From NCBI GenBank assembly GCA_943846735.1, contig OX044364.1, positions 2,361,271 to 2,425,270 on the forward strand: 64,000 nucleotides of DNA. The letters run 5' to 3'. The stretch's first letter is position 1. Each line of letters starts with the position of its first letter. The position numbers and the translations under genes are program-made. The DNA comes from an uncultured Flavobacteriaceae bacterium (GTDB taxonomy: Bacteria > Bacteroidota > Bacteroidia > Flavobacteriales > Flavobacteriaceae). Below are positions 29,297 to 39,168 of the stretch, piece by piece. Below the pieces are notes generated by a model. It saw only the letters and a list, made by a program, of their open reading frames with translations, was not told where the DNA came from and did not search any database.

Positions 29297-30565
29297 ATGT
29301 GGTCAATAATTGGTTTAATAATTGTAACAATTGTAGGATATCAATTTTATAAAAAGTTAGGTAATTCGTTACCGATACTTGAATTCATGCTCTTAATTGC
29401 AGGTTTGCAATGGATCATTGGGGCCATCATAGAATATCATACTCCATTCGAACACTACAAGTATTATATGTATGTAACACAAAGTACTTACATGGGAACA
29501 GTAGTACCAGGTTACACCTTATTTTCAGTAATTTTACTATGGGTTTCAAAAAAATATCCACTAAAACTTTTAAAACAAGAAGATTTCACGCAGTTTTCTC
29601 CTTATGCCCTCATATTTTTAATAGTTGGATTTTGTGCTAGATTTATTACTAATTCAATTCCAGGAAGTCTTGGATTTTTAGTATTAATTATAAGTAGTTT
29701 TCAATACATTGGTGCAATTATCTTGTTTTTCTCCAAAGTGAAATGGCATCAGTATGTGTTATATGGAAGCATTATAATTTTACTTTTTAGTTCTTTATCA
29801 TCTGGCTTTTTTCATGATTTTATTTTGTGGAGTTCTTTTTTTTATATGTTTTATGCTATTAAATATCAAGTTTCACATAAAACAAAATTAATGACTATCG
29901 GTCTTAGTTTTTTTGCGTTAATAGTTTTACAAGGTGTTAAGTCAAATTACCGCGCGGCGTTAGAGTTAGGTTATGATGGTAGCCCAATAGCACTTTTTGT
30001 CAATACCATTGCTGCGCAATGGAATTCGGGTTTTTTTGAGAAATCTGAAAATCAACAAGGATTAAATATTCGCTTAAATCAAGGTTGGATTATTAGTGCT
30101 GTCCTTGATCAAGTTCCAAGAGGTCAAACTTTTGCTAATGGTCAAACTGTAAAAGAGGCTATTATTGCGAGTATATTTCCTAGATTTTTAATGCCCAATA
30201 AAAAGATGGCAGGCGGTCAAGAAAATTTTAAAAAATATACGGGGCTTTATTTGGGTGCAAATACGTCTATGGGAATAAGTGTCATTGGTGAATTTTACGC
30301 AAATTATGGTAAAGGTGTGACACTTGCGATGGGTATATGGGGATTGTTTTTGGGATTTATTTGGGCGTTTTTATGGCGAACACAATTTAACAATCCATTC
30401 ATTGTTTTTTTTCTTCCTTTGATATTTTTACAAGTTGTTAAGGCAGAAACAGAATTGGTTGTGGTATTGAATCATTTAGTCAAGGCGAGTATTGTTGTTT
30501 TTGCTTTTTTTTATGTGACAAGATATCTTTTTAAATGGGAAATATATCAGCGATATGAACCTTAA
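29297..30565 (+). CDS. polytopic membrane protein, O-antigen polymerase/ligase-like (Wzy/WaaL candidate)
   Basis: 422 aa with about 10 TM helices and one large hydrophilic loop (..RAALELGYDGS...RLNQGWIISAV..). This is the only non-transporter polytopic protein in the locus other than the acyltransferase and the two WecA-like enzymes. Confidence 0.4.
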   Translation: MWSIIGLIIVTIVGYQFYKKLGNSLPILEFMLLIAGLQWIIGAIIEYHTPFEHYKYYMYVTQSTYMGTVVPGYTLFSVILLWVSKKYPLKLLKQEDFTQFSPYALIFLIVGFCARFITNSIPGSLGFLVLIISSFQYIGAIILFFSKVKWHQYVLYGSIIILLFSSLSSGFFHDFILWSSFFYMFYAIKYQVSHKTKLMTIGLSFFALIVLQGVKSNYRAALELGYDGSPIALFVNTIAAQWNSGFFEKSENQQGLNIRLNQGWIISAVLDQVPRGQTFANGQTVKEAIIASIFPRFLMPNKKMAGGQENFKKYTGLYLGANTSMGISVIGEFYANYGKGVTLAMGIWGLFLGFIWAFLWRTQFNNPFIVFFLPLIFLQVVKAETELVVVLNHLVKASIVVFAFFYVTRYLFKWEIYQRYEP

Positions 30566-31538
30566 TTTTATCTTCCGGAGGAATCAAAATAATCGGTTTA
30601 GTATTGAAACAGTATTTGAGTCGTTATTGCCTGAATTTAATAAAAATGCAACCATTTCGAAAACCTTTTTAGAGTTCGCAGGTGCATACCCTATGCAACT
30701 TTGGAGAAATCTAAAAACTAAAATTTCTTTTAACGACATATATCATGTAACAGGTGATGTGCATTACATGGCAATGTTGCGTGGGAATAAATCCGTTTTA
30801 ACGATTCATGATGTAGGTTCCGCATATCAAGGGGGAGTCTTGAGACGCTTGTATGTTGGGTTGTTTTGGTTTTGGTTACCTGCCATGTCAGTAAAACAAA
30901 TTACTGTTATTTCTGAATTTACTAAAAAAGAGTTACTAAAGTTGGTTCCTTTTATTAAATCAAAATTGACTGTCGTTCCAAACCCTGTTAATCTAATATA
31001 TCAGTATCACGACAAGACTTTCAATGCTAAATGTCCAGAAATTTTGATTATTGGAACTAAAAATAATAAAAATATCGAGCGTATTTTTAAGGCTCTAAAA
31101 AGGTTGCCTTGTAAATTACATATTGTAGGTATCCTTAATGAAGAACAAATGTTACTGTTAAACAATTTGAAAATTACTTTTAGTAATAGTTCATCCTTGT
31201 CAACTTTAGAAATGATGAAGGCCTACCAAGATTGTGATTTACTTTGTTTCCCATCAACCTATGAAGGATTTGGAATGCCAATTATAGAAGCTCAAGCGAC
31301 CGGTAGAGTCGTGGTCACGTCAAATCTAGGAGCGATGAAGGAGGTGGCTCATGGTTCAGCATGTTTGGTAGATCCTCTTGATAGTATCAGTATTCAAAAA
31401 GGTCTCAAAAAAGTAATAGAAGACGATATGTACCGAAACAAATTAATCAATAAAGGATTTCAAAATGTTAAGCGTTTTCATCCAATAATTATCGCTGAGG
31501 CCTATATGAAAGTTTATAACACTGTTTTAAATACTTAA
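30555..31538 (+). CDS. glycosyltransferase (GT4)
   Basis: ..PSTYEGFGMPIIEAQATGRVVVTSNLGAMKEV.. Confidence 0.7.
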   Translation: MNLNFIFRRNQNNRFSIETVFESLLPEFNKNATISKTFLEFAGAYPMQLWRNLKTKISFNDIYHVTGDVHYMAMLRGNKSVLTIHDVGSAYQGGVLRRLYVGLFWFWLPAMSVKQITVISEFTKKELLKLVPFIKSKLTVVPNPVNLIYQYHDKTFNAKCPEILIIGTKNNKNIERIFKALKRLPCKLHIVGILNEEQMLLLNNLKITFSNSSSLSTLEMMKAYQDCDLLCFPSTYEGFGMPIIEAQATGRVVVTSNLGAMKEVAHGSACLVDPLDSISIQKGLKKVIEDDMYRNKLINKGFQNVKRFHPIIIAEAYMKVYNTVLNT

Positions 31539-32689
31539 TGAACAAGCCAAAAATCTTAATTGTTATTGATTGGTTTTTACCAGGCACTAATTCTGGTGGA
31601 CCTGTAAGATCGATTATTAATTTGATTGGGCATTTAGAGAATGATTTTGATTTTTTCATTGTAACAAGAAACTCTGATTTTGGTTCTAGGAAACCATATC
31701 CTGAGGTCATTCCTAATCAATGGACAGATTTTAGTGCTTCTACAGAAGTTTACTATATATCTCGAGAGCAACTTAACAGAAGGCACTTAAAACAAATTTT
31801 TTCTAATAAAATGTTTGATGTTGTTTACATAAATGGGATGTATAGTTGGTATTTTTCAATATTACCTCTCATCTTATTAAAGTCATTTTCAAAAAAAGTG
31901 ATTGTTGCACCGAGAGGGATGCTTAACCCACAGGCGTTTTCTGTAAAGCCAATGAGAAAACGTTTATTTTTGACCATAGCGAAGCGTTTTAAATTATATC
32001 AAAATATAGTTTTTCATGCGACTAATAATGACGAAGAAACATATATCAAAATAATTTTAGGTAGCAAGAGCAACGTTAAAATTGCTCCAAATTTATTAAG
32101 ACCACAAACAGATATTCAAAAGAGGCAAAAAATTAAACATACGCCTACAAAATTCATCAATTTGGCAAGAATTTCAATTGAAAAAGGAACTTTAGTGATG
32201 CTGGAGGCTTTGGAAAATATTACTGAGCACATGGTTTTAGATATATATGGTCCTATACATGATATCAAATATTGGAAGCTCTGTAAAAAAGTTATAGAGA
32301 AGTTGCCAAAACATATTTGTGTAACCTACAAGGGTCCTATTCAAGGATCGCATGTTCCATATCTTTTAAATAATTATGATTTTTTTGTGTTATTATCAGA
32401 GGGAGAAAATTTTGGTCACGCCATCATCGAGGCCCTGTCAGCTGGGTGTCCCGTATTAATATCAAAAAACACCCCTTGGAAAGATTTAAAAAGAAAACAA
32501 ATAGGCTGGGATATCAAAACATCAGAAAAAGAAATTATCACACGAGCCTTTGAAAATTGTATGGTGATGAGTGAAAATAATTACAAACAATGGTCTTTAA
32601 AAGCACGCGAATATGCAGATAGTGTTATGACAAATTCCCACATTATTTCACAGTCAAAATCATTATTATTGAATCACGTTAATCAATAA
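31538..32689 (+). CDS. glycosyltransferase (GT4)
   Basis: ..LSEGENFGHAIIEALSAGCPVLISKNTPW.. Confidence 0.7.
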   Translation: MNKPKILIVIDWFLPGTNSGGPVRSIINLIGHLENDFDFFIVTRNSDFGSRKPYPEVIPNQWTDFSASTEVYYISREQLNRRHLKQIFSNKMFDVVYINGMYSWYFSILPLILLKSFSKKVIVAPRGMLNPQAFSVKPMRKRLFLTIAKRFKLYQNIVFHATNNDEETYIKIILGSKSNVKIAPNLLRPQTDIQKRQKIKHTPTKFINLARISIEKGTLVMLEALENITEHMVLDIYGPIHDIKYWKLCKKVIEKLPKHICVTYKGPIQGSHVPYLLNNYDFFVLLSEGENFGHAIIEALSAGCPVLISKNTPWKDLKRKQIGWDIKTSEKEIITRAFENCMVMSENNYKQWSLKAREYADSVMTNSHIISQSKSLLLNHVNQ

Positions 32690-32692
32690 ATT

Positions 32693-33238
32693 ATGAACAC
32701 AAATTTAGAAACTTATGACAATAGTTGGTATAAACCCGGATCAATATTAAAACGATTGCTGTGGTATGTAGTTAGTATATTTTTTTTTAAAGGATCATGG
32801 AATGTCATGTCATCTGTTAAAGTGTTTTGGTTACGAGTCTTTGGTGCTCAAGTAGGTTTTGGAGTTGTCATTAGACCACATGTTGAGATTAAATATCCAT
32901 GGAAGCTAATTATTGGTAATCATTGTTGGATTGGAGAACATGTATGGATTGATAATTTAGATCAAGTTGTTTTAGGTAATCATGTATGTCTATCTCAGGG
33001 GGTATTTGTTCTATGTGGGAATCACAATTATAAAAGTCCTTCTTTCGACTTAATGTTGGGGCCAGTTATCTTAAAAGAAGGTGCTTGGCTTGGTGCTAAA
33101 AGTATCGTTGGTCCGGGAGTTACTGTGGGTTCACACGCTGTTTTATCGATGGGGTCAGTTACATCAAAAGATTTAAATGCTTACGAGATTTATCGAGGTA
33201 ATCCCGCAATCTCTGTTGCTATTCGTGAAATAACTTGA
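32693..33238 (+). CDS. hexapeptide-repeat acetyltransferase (WcaF-like)
   Basis: N-terminal ..YDNSWYKPGS..LWY.. and a left-handed beta-helix repeat region (..IGNHCWIGEHVWIDNLDQVVLGNHVCLSQGV..GAWLGAKSIVGPGVTVGSHAVL..). Confidence 0.7.
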   Translation: MNTNLETYDNSWYKPGSILKRLLWYVVSIFFFKGSWNVMSSVKVFWLRVFGAQVGFGVVIRPHVEIKYPWKLIIGNHCWIGEHVWIDNLDQVVLGNHVCLSQGVFVLCGNHNYKSPSFDLMLGPVILKEGAWLGAKSIVGPGVTVGSHAVLSMGSVTSKDLNAYEIYRGNPAISVAIREIT

Positions 33239-33531
33239 AGTTAATAAATTTTGATTTTATGCCTCTATATTTATTTTAATACGTCAAAAAATATATTGAT
33301 AGAAAATCAATTTTATTTATATAATTATTTAATCATTACATAATCAGCAAATTATAATATTTTATAATATTTAAAACCATACATTACCCATACATGTAAA
33401 TTTACAGAGTTAAATTATATTGTGAATTGCAATTTAATTTAGCTAATTTGCTTCAGTCATTATAATATTTAAACTTAATTTAATTTTAAAATGGTGTATA
33501 ATAGTATCCCCTAAATTATTAATTTTGCTTT

Positions 33532-34281
33532 ATGAAAATTTCGATTATAACTGCCAATTATAACAACGAAGCAACACTAAAGGTTTGTTTTGATTCTGTA
33601 AGAAATCAAACTTATGGCAATATCGAGCATATCATCATAGATGGTGCATCCAGTGACAGGTCAATGGATATTATTAAAGCTTACGCTAAACTCCCATTCG
33701 TAAAGTATTTTTCAGCGAAAGATGATGGTATTTACGATGCATTGAACAAAGGAATCAAAAGAGCTTCTGGTGAGGTCATTGGATTTTTACATGCCGATGA
33801 TATGTTTGCGAGTAATCATACGGTTCAAAATATAGTAGCACAGTTTCAATTGAAACAGTGTGATGGAGTCTATGGGGATTTACATTACTTTAAAGATAGT
33901 AGTCCCTTTAATATCATAAGAAATTGGGTCAGTGGACCTTTTAATAAAAGTTTGTTAAAGCACGGCTGGATGCCTCCTCACCCAACACTTTATATAAAGT
34001 CCAAGCTTTATCAAGAAAATGGTTTGTATAAGTGTAATTACAAAATTGCAGCTGACTATGATTTTATTTTATGTTTATTTAGACAAAAAGATTTAACATT
34101 TTCATATGTGCCGGAAGTTTTTGTTAAGATGCGATTGGGAGGAACAAGTAATCGAAATCTTAAGAATATCATACGTAAATCTTTAGAAGATTATAGAATT
34201 TTAAAAAACAACAATTTTAAATATCCGTTAATTACACTCACCTTAAAAAATCTCACAAAAATTAAACAATTTGTCACATAA
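33532..34281 (+). CDS. glycosyltransferase family 2
   Basis: ..MKISIITANYNNEATLKVCFDSVRNQTYGNIEHIIIDGASSD.. and ..FLHADDMF.. First gene after a 293-bp AT-rich gap. Confidence 0.75.
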   Translation: MKISIITANYNNEATLKVCFDSVRNQTYGNIEHIIIDGASSDRSMDIIKAYAKLPFVKYFSAKDDGIYDALNKGIKRASGEVIGFLHADDMFASNHTVQNIVAQFQLKQCDGVYGDLHYFKDSSPFNIIRNWVSGPFNKSLLKHGWMPPHPTLYIKSKLYQENGLYKCNYKIAADYDFILCLFRQKDLTFSYVPEVFVKMRLGGTSNRNLKNIIRKSLEDYRILKNNNFKYPLITLTLKNLTKIKQFVT

Positions 34282-34327
34282 TTGATATTTCAAAATTGAT
34301 ATATTTGCTTAAAGGCCAATTACACTT

Positions 34328-35419
34328 ATGTTACCATTAGACATTTCAAATTACCACCAAGAACTTTTGGTGTTTTCCGTTTTTTTTGGTTTTGTTATTT
34401 CATACTTGTCATTGGAAACTGTCTATTGGGTGTCCAAAAAGAAAAACTTAATGGATGATCCTGAGGAACGAAGCAGTCATGTAACGAGAATACCGACCTT
34501 GGGAGGTGTCGCAGTTTATTTAAGCGTATTAACAACAATTTTGTGTTTTGGAACGTTTTTTAACACGAATACAATGATGATGTTTTTGGCATCCATCTCT
34601 GTTTTACTTTTCTTAGGGCTTAAAGATGATTTATTAGTCCTGTCGCCTCGCAAAAAATTTCTAATTCAAATTTTTGTTAGTTTACTGTTCATAATATTAA
34701 CTGATATTAGAATAACAAGTTTATTTGGTCTTTTTCAAATTCACACACTACCTTATTTACATTCAATAGCTTTTTCACTTTTTGTAATGATATTAATTAT
34801 TAATGCTGTTAATATGATTGATGGTATTGATGGTTTAGCTGCTGGATTTGGTGTTTCAGCAACCTTTACACTTTGTGTTCTTCATTATTTTGAAGATCAA
34901 ATAGGCCTTGCAGTTGTTGGATTGAGTGTTGTTGGTGCATTAATTGCTTTTTTAAGACTTAATGTGTCTAAACGTCGTAAAATGTTTATGGGAGACACTG
35001 GTTCTATGATTGTTGGTTTTTGTATTGCGGCTTTAACAATTAACTTTTTGAAAGCATCCACTGTAAACGATGATAGTCTATTTAGTGTTTCAGCACCTGT
35101 CATCGCGTTATCAATATTGTTTTTTCCTTTACTGGACACTTTTCGTGTTTTTATGTTGCGTATTTTTAAATATAGGACAAGTCCTTTTAAAGCGGATAGA
35201 AATCATATTCATCATTATTTTCTAAATTATTTACAAGGACACATAAAGGTTTCCTTGTTATTGATTACTATAAACTTAGTAATCGTCATATGTTCTTTTT
35301 TTATGACATTTTTAGTGATAGAATATTATTTGGGTTTAATGATTTTTATTGGTGTTAATTTGTACCTCATTTCATTTTTATTAGTTAAGAAATTTTTTAA
35401 TATGTCACCTGATGAATAG
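34328..35419 (+). CDS. polyprenyl-phosphate HexNAc-1-phosphate transferase (WecA/MraY family), copy 2
   Basis: ..GLKDDLLVLSPRKKF.., ..NAVNMIDGIDGLAAG.., ..MGDTGSMIVGF.. Confidence 0.8.
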   Translation: MLPLDISNYHQELLVFSVFFGFVISYLSLETVYWVSKKKNLMDDPEERSSHVTRIPTLGGVAVYLSVLTTILCFGTFFNTNTMMMFLASISVLLFLGLKDDLLVLSPRKKFLIQIFVSLLFIILTDIRITSLFGLFQIHTLPYLHSIAFSLFVMILIINAVNMIDGIDGLAAGFGVSATFTLCVLHYFEDQIGLAVVGLSVVGALIAFLRLNVSKRRKMFMGDTGSMIVGFCIAALTINFLKASTVNDDSLFSVSAPVIALSILFFPLLDTFRVFMLRIFKYRTSPFKADRNHIHHYFLNYLQGHIKVSLLLITINLVIVICSFFMTFLVIEYYLGLMIFIGVNLYLISFLLVKKFFNMSPDE

Positions 35420-36221
35420 AGAAATAACCAAGATTAAGATTGAATTAAATTTAAGGCTTGTTTTAACGTGTTTAGCTTGCTCTATCTTATTGTGTAACTG
35501 CTCATCAAAAAAAGAAATTATTTATTTACAAAATATCGATGATTACAATGAATCTTTAGTGATGTCAGTTGACAATAACATTCAAAATAACGATATTCTG
35601 AGCATTGTAATTTCGTCTGGCGCTATCGCTGAAACTGCTGAGCCTTACAATAAAGCCAATCTAGTACTTGGTAACAGTACTAGAGGCAGTCAAAATCAAA
35701 ACCTATTAGCACAGGGTTATTTAGTGTCCAGTAACTTGACCATCAAACTTCCGATAATAGGGGAGATATCTGTTGTGAATAAAACACTCAGAGACCTTGA
35801 GTATACAATTGAAAAGATTTTGGTAGAGGACGAACATTTAACTGATCCCACAGTTTTAGTCACGCTACTTAATGCAAAATTCACAACACTTGGAGAAATT
35901 GGCACGGGAACACATTATTTTACGGAAAATAATTTAACAATTCTTCAAGCTATAGGGATAGCTGGAGATTTAAATATTAGAGGTCAGCGGAAGGATATTA
36001 TCATCATTCGCGAAGTAGATGGGATCAGGAAAGTTGCACATGTTGATTTAACGTCAGCTGAGCTTCTAGAAAGCGCCTTCTATTTTATTAAACCAAACGA
36101 TGTTATCTATGTCAAGCCAAACGACGTGAAAGTCAAATCAGCTGGATTTATTACGGGTCCCGCCGCATTAATTGGATTTGCCACCTTAGTAGTTTCAACC
36201 ATTGTATTAATTACAAAGTAA
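35412..36221 (+). CDS. wza: polysaccharide export outer-membrane protein (Wza/OPX family)
   Basis: Lipoprotein-like start (..LLCNCSSKK..) and Poly_export/SLBB-like blocks (..NDILSIVISS.., ..ILQAIGIAGDLNIRGQRKDIIIIRE..). Overlaps the wecA-like stop. Confidence 0.75.
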   Translation: MNREITKIKIELNLRLVLTCLACSILLCNCSSKKEIIYLQNIDDYNESLVMSVDNNIQNNDILSIVISSGAIAETAEPYNKANLVLGNSTRGSQNQNLLAQGYLVSSNLTIKLPIIGEISVVNKTLRDLEYTIEKILVEDEHLTDPTVLVTLLNAKFTTLGEIGTGTHYFTENNLTILQAIGIAGDLNIRGQRKDIIIIREVDGIRKVAHVDLTSAELLESAFYFIKPNDVIYVKPNDVKVKSAGFITGPAALIGFATLVVSTIVLITK

Positions 36222-38567
36222 GTGAAAAATCAATCATACCAGGCATATCGTAAAAACATTAATAAAAGTCATGAACTGAAACATGAAATTGGAAAGTATT
36301 TAAAATATTGGCCGTTGATGTTAGGCTTTTTAATTATTTCTGTGTCGATTGTGTTTGTCAAATTGCGTTACACAAAAAAAGAATACCAGTCGAACGCTAA
36401 AATCAAAATATTGAGTAATTCCAAGGGGCTAGAATTACCGCAAGCAGGATTTATTTTTAGTAGGCCAAATATTAATCTTGAAAATAATATTGAAATAATT
36501 AGATCCTCAAAAATTTGGGAGGAATTAGTTGTTAATTTAGATTTAGCAACGACCTTTCAGTTATATGGGAATGTCCTATTGACAGAAATAGCGAGCTTAC
36601 CTTTGCAATACGACTTAATTGTTGACGCCAGATCAGTTCAGTTTAAGCAATCTTTCAAAATTGAGATTCGTGAAGATGGGTTATTTATTTATGAGGGTGA
36701 GTCAACAGATGCAATTAAGTTCAATGATTACAATACACAGCTAAAAAATCATGCATTACCTTTTAATTTAAAACCAATTAATTTACAGTCTATAAAAGAC
36801 AACATTGGTGTATCCTACAGTATAGTTATTACTCCAGTTAGTGAAATGGCAAACTTGTTAAGACAGCAATTTGATGTCACTGTGGTTGGAAAAAACAGTG
36901 ACTTATTACAATTATCATTTAAGGGAGAGATTAAATCTAAGTCCGAAAAAATTTTAAATGAATTGATGAGTGTTTTTGAATCTGATGGGATTCGTCTTCG
37001 ACAAGAAATTTCAGAGAGAACCATTAATTTTATTCAAGAGCGTTTTGTTGTTTTAGCTGAAGAATTGGATTCTATAGAAGTTGGCATAAAAAATTATAAA
37101 GTAAATAACAAGATGCTTAGTTTGCAGGAGAAAGCGACAACAGGCATGACAAAACTTAGTTTGTCTGAGCAAGCCATTGTCGATCTGGAAGCACAGTTTT
37201 TAGTTTTTGATTTTATAAAAAACAATATTCAGTACCCGCTCGATAATTTGGAAATTTTACCAAATTTCATGAATGATGAATCTTTTGAAGTTAATTCACA
37301 AATTCAGGAGTATAATCGGTTAGTTTTTGAGCTAGATCGTTTAAAGACTAGTGCCGGAGCAAACAATCCGAAATATAAATTATTACTAAATGATTTAGAT
37401 GGTGTAAAGCAGAATCTATTGCTTTCTTTGAAATTTTTGGAAGTACAGCTTAAAAGTCAAGAAAAGGAGTTATTGAAAAAAAATAAAAGTTTTCAATCTG
37501 AGATATCAGCCATTCCAGATAAGGAGAAATATATGCGGAACATTGAAAGGCAACAGAGGATAAAAGAAACCTTGTATTTGTTTTTACTCCAAAAACGCGA
37601 AGAGGCGGCTATTAATAAAGCCATTACTGAGCCAACCATGCAAGTTGTAGAGTATGCAAGTTCTTACTGGGATCCAATTTCACCTAATTCAAAAAATTTA
37701 TACATAATGGCCTTGTTATTGGGTTTAGGTATCCCAATAGTTATGATATATATAATGATGTTTTTTGATACTAAAATCAGGTCTCTTAATGACATTAAAG
37801 TAATATTAAGTGACCTGCCTATTTTAGGAGATCTGCATTTTTTAAGAAAAATAGATATGCCAACGCTATTGAATAATAACTCGCCAATTGTTGAAGCGTT
37901 TCGGTTGTTAAGTGCCAATTTAAACTTTTTATTTATTGATAAAGAACAAGTTGATGGGCATGTTATATTATGTACGTCTTCCATTAAAGGAGAAGGGAAA
38001 ACTTTTGTAAGTGTTAATTTAGCGCGTGTAGAAGCAAATATGGGAAGGCGTGTGTTACTTATTGGTGCAGATTTGAGAAATCCTCAAATACATAAAACCT
38101 TAAATTTTTCTAATGATAATTTAGGGCTCAGTAATCTTCTCGCTGATGCATCATTAAACTGGAGGTCTGCTATTCAATCATCAGAAGATTTTGGAAATCT
38201 ACACTTTGTAGTGGCAGGGCCAGTCCCACCTAATGCACCTCAATTAATCAAAAATGGTCGACTACAGAAAATTTTAAATGAAGCTAAAAACGAGTATGAT
38301 TTGATAATTCTTGATACGGCTCCAACGTTGCTTGTGACTGATACATTTTTAATGTCTGATTATAGTGATTTAACAATTTTTGTTGCGCGCTATGGTTATA
38401 CTGATAAGGCGCTTCTGCAATTTATCGGAGATGTTAAAGACGATAATAAAATTAAAAACATGGCCATTGTATTAAATGGGATTAAGCAGAACTCTTCTTA
38501 TGGGTACCAATATGGATATAACTACGGGTATGGGTATGGGTATTCAAATAAGGGTGTTACTCAGTAA
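36222..38567 (+). CDS. wzc: polysaccharide co-polymerase / tyrosine autokinase (Wzc, PCP-2a type)
   Basis: GTG start. Two TM segments flank a long coiled periplasmic domain. Walker A SSIKGEGKTF, A' LLIGADLRNP, B LIILDTAP. Tyr-rich tail SSYGYQYGYNYGYGYGYS. Confidence 0.85.
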   Translation: MKNQSYQAYRKNINKSHELKHEIGKYLKYWPLMLGFLIISVSIVFVKLRYTKKEYQSNAKIKILSNSKGLELPQAGFIFSRPNINLENNIEIIRSSKIWEELVVNLDLATTFQLYGNVLLTEIASLPLQYDLIVDARSVQFKQSFKIEIREDGLFIYEGESTDAIKFNDYNTQLKNHALPFNLKPINLQSIKDNIGVSYSIVITPVSEMANLLRQQFDVTVVGKNSDLLQLSFKGEIKSKSEKILNELMSVFESDGIRLRQEISERTINFIQERFVVLAEELDSIEVGIKNYKVNNKMLSLQEKATTGMTKLSLSEQAIVDLEAQFLVFDFIKNNIQYPLDNLEILPNFMNDESFEVNSQIQEYNRLVFELDRLKTSAGANNPKYKLLLNDLDGVKQNLLLSLKFLEVQLKSQEKELLKKNKSFQSEISAIPDKEKYMRNIERQQRIKETLYLFLLQKREEAAINKAITEPTMQVVEYASSYWDPISPNSKNLYIMALLLGLGIPIVMIYIMMFFDTKIRSLNDIKVILSDLPILGDLHFLRKIDMPTLLNNNSPIVEAFRLLSANLNFLFIDKEQVDGHVILCTSSIKGEGKTFVSVNLARVEANMGRRVLLIGADLRNPQIHKTLNFSNDNLGLSNLLADASLNWRSAIQSSEDFGNLHFVVAGPVPPNAPQLIKNGRLQKILNEAKNEYDLIILDTAPTLLVTDTFLMSDYSDLTIFVARYGYTDKALLQFIGDVKDDNKIKNMAIVLNGIKQNSSYGYQYGYNYGYGYGYSNKGVTQ

Positions 38568-38587
38568 TAAATAAAAATATGATATAC

Positions 38588-38619
38588 TTGCAAAAAAGTA
38601 TTTATTGTTTGTATATTTG
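38588..38619 (+). promoter_or_regulatory. Bacteroidota-type promoter for the tRNA (TTG ... TATATTTG)
   Basis: TATATTTG (TAnnTTTG) lies at 38612-38619, 11 nt (38620-38630) before the tRNA 5' end. A TTG lies 21 nt upstream of that box. Confidence 0.45.
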
Positions 38620-38630
38620 TCGTCCAATAT

Positions 38631-38703
<73 letters not shown>

Positions 38704-38746
38704 CTAAAACAATAAAACGGTTATACTATTATAGTGTAACCGTTTT
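38704..38746 (+). terminator. bidirectional intrinsic terminator (repeat copy F, adjacent to tRNA)
   Basis: AAAACGGTTATAC-TATTATA-GTGTAACCGTTTTT forms a 13-bp stem with T-runs on both strands. The stop codon of the convergent HxlR gene sits in the loop. Confidence 0.7.
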
Positions 38747-39148
38747 TGATTTATATCTTTCAATTATTGCCAGGTGTAATTCATTTTTATCTTTAACATT
38801 TGCTATGTCTTGATTATCGACAGGTTTAATATTGTGATGGCTCCACAAGGCCAACTCTATTATAACCGGAGTTAACGAAAGTCCTTTTTCAGTTAGAAAA
38901 TAGTGATTAGTTTTTTGGTTGTCAGGCAATTTTTGTTTGACTATAAATCCTATTTTTTCAAGTGTTTTTAACCTATTAGATAAAATACTTGGTGCAATTG
39001 ATTCATCGCTTTCGGAGAACTCTTTAAATGTTTTTTTTTGTTCTAATAGCATCAATTTTATAACAACAAGCGTCCATTTGTCTCCAACAATATCTAATGC
39101 TGAAGTTACAGGACAATTACACCTAAAAAACGTATCTAAAATTGACAT
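38729..39148 (-). CDS. HxlR-family transcriptional regulator
   Basis: ..CPVTSALDIVGDKWTLVVIKLM..KTFKEF....IAPSILSNRLKTLEKIGFI.. Divergent from an SDR gene. Confidence 0.75.
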   Translation of the reverse strand: MSILDTFFRCNCPVTSALDIVGDKWTLVVIKLMLLEQKKTFKEFSESDESIAPSILSNRLKTLEKIGFIVKQKLPDNQKTNHYFLTEKGLSLTPVIIELALWSHHNIKPVDNQDIANVKDKNELHLAIIERYKSKTVTL

Positions 39149-39168
39149 AATTATAAAAATATAATTTT

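Noticed and set aside
33351-33473. Direct repeats TATAATATTTAAA (33364 and 33461) and ATTATAATATTT in the gap inside the glycan locus as regulator binding sites
   Set aside because: The sequence is extremely AT-rich and low-complexity, so such matches are expected by chance. They are kept only as a note beside the ATGTATGGGT motif.
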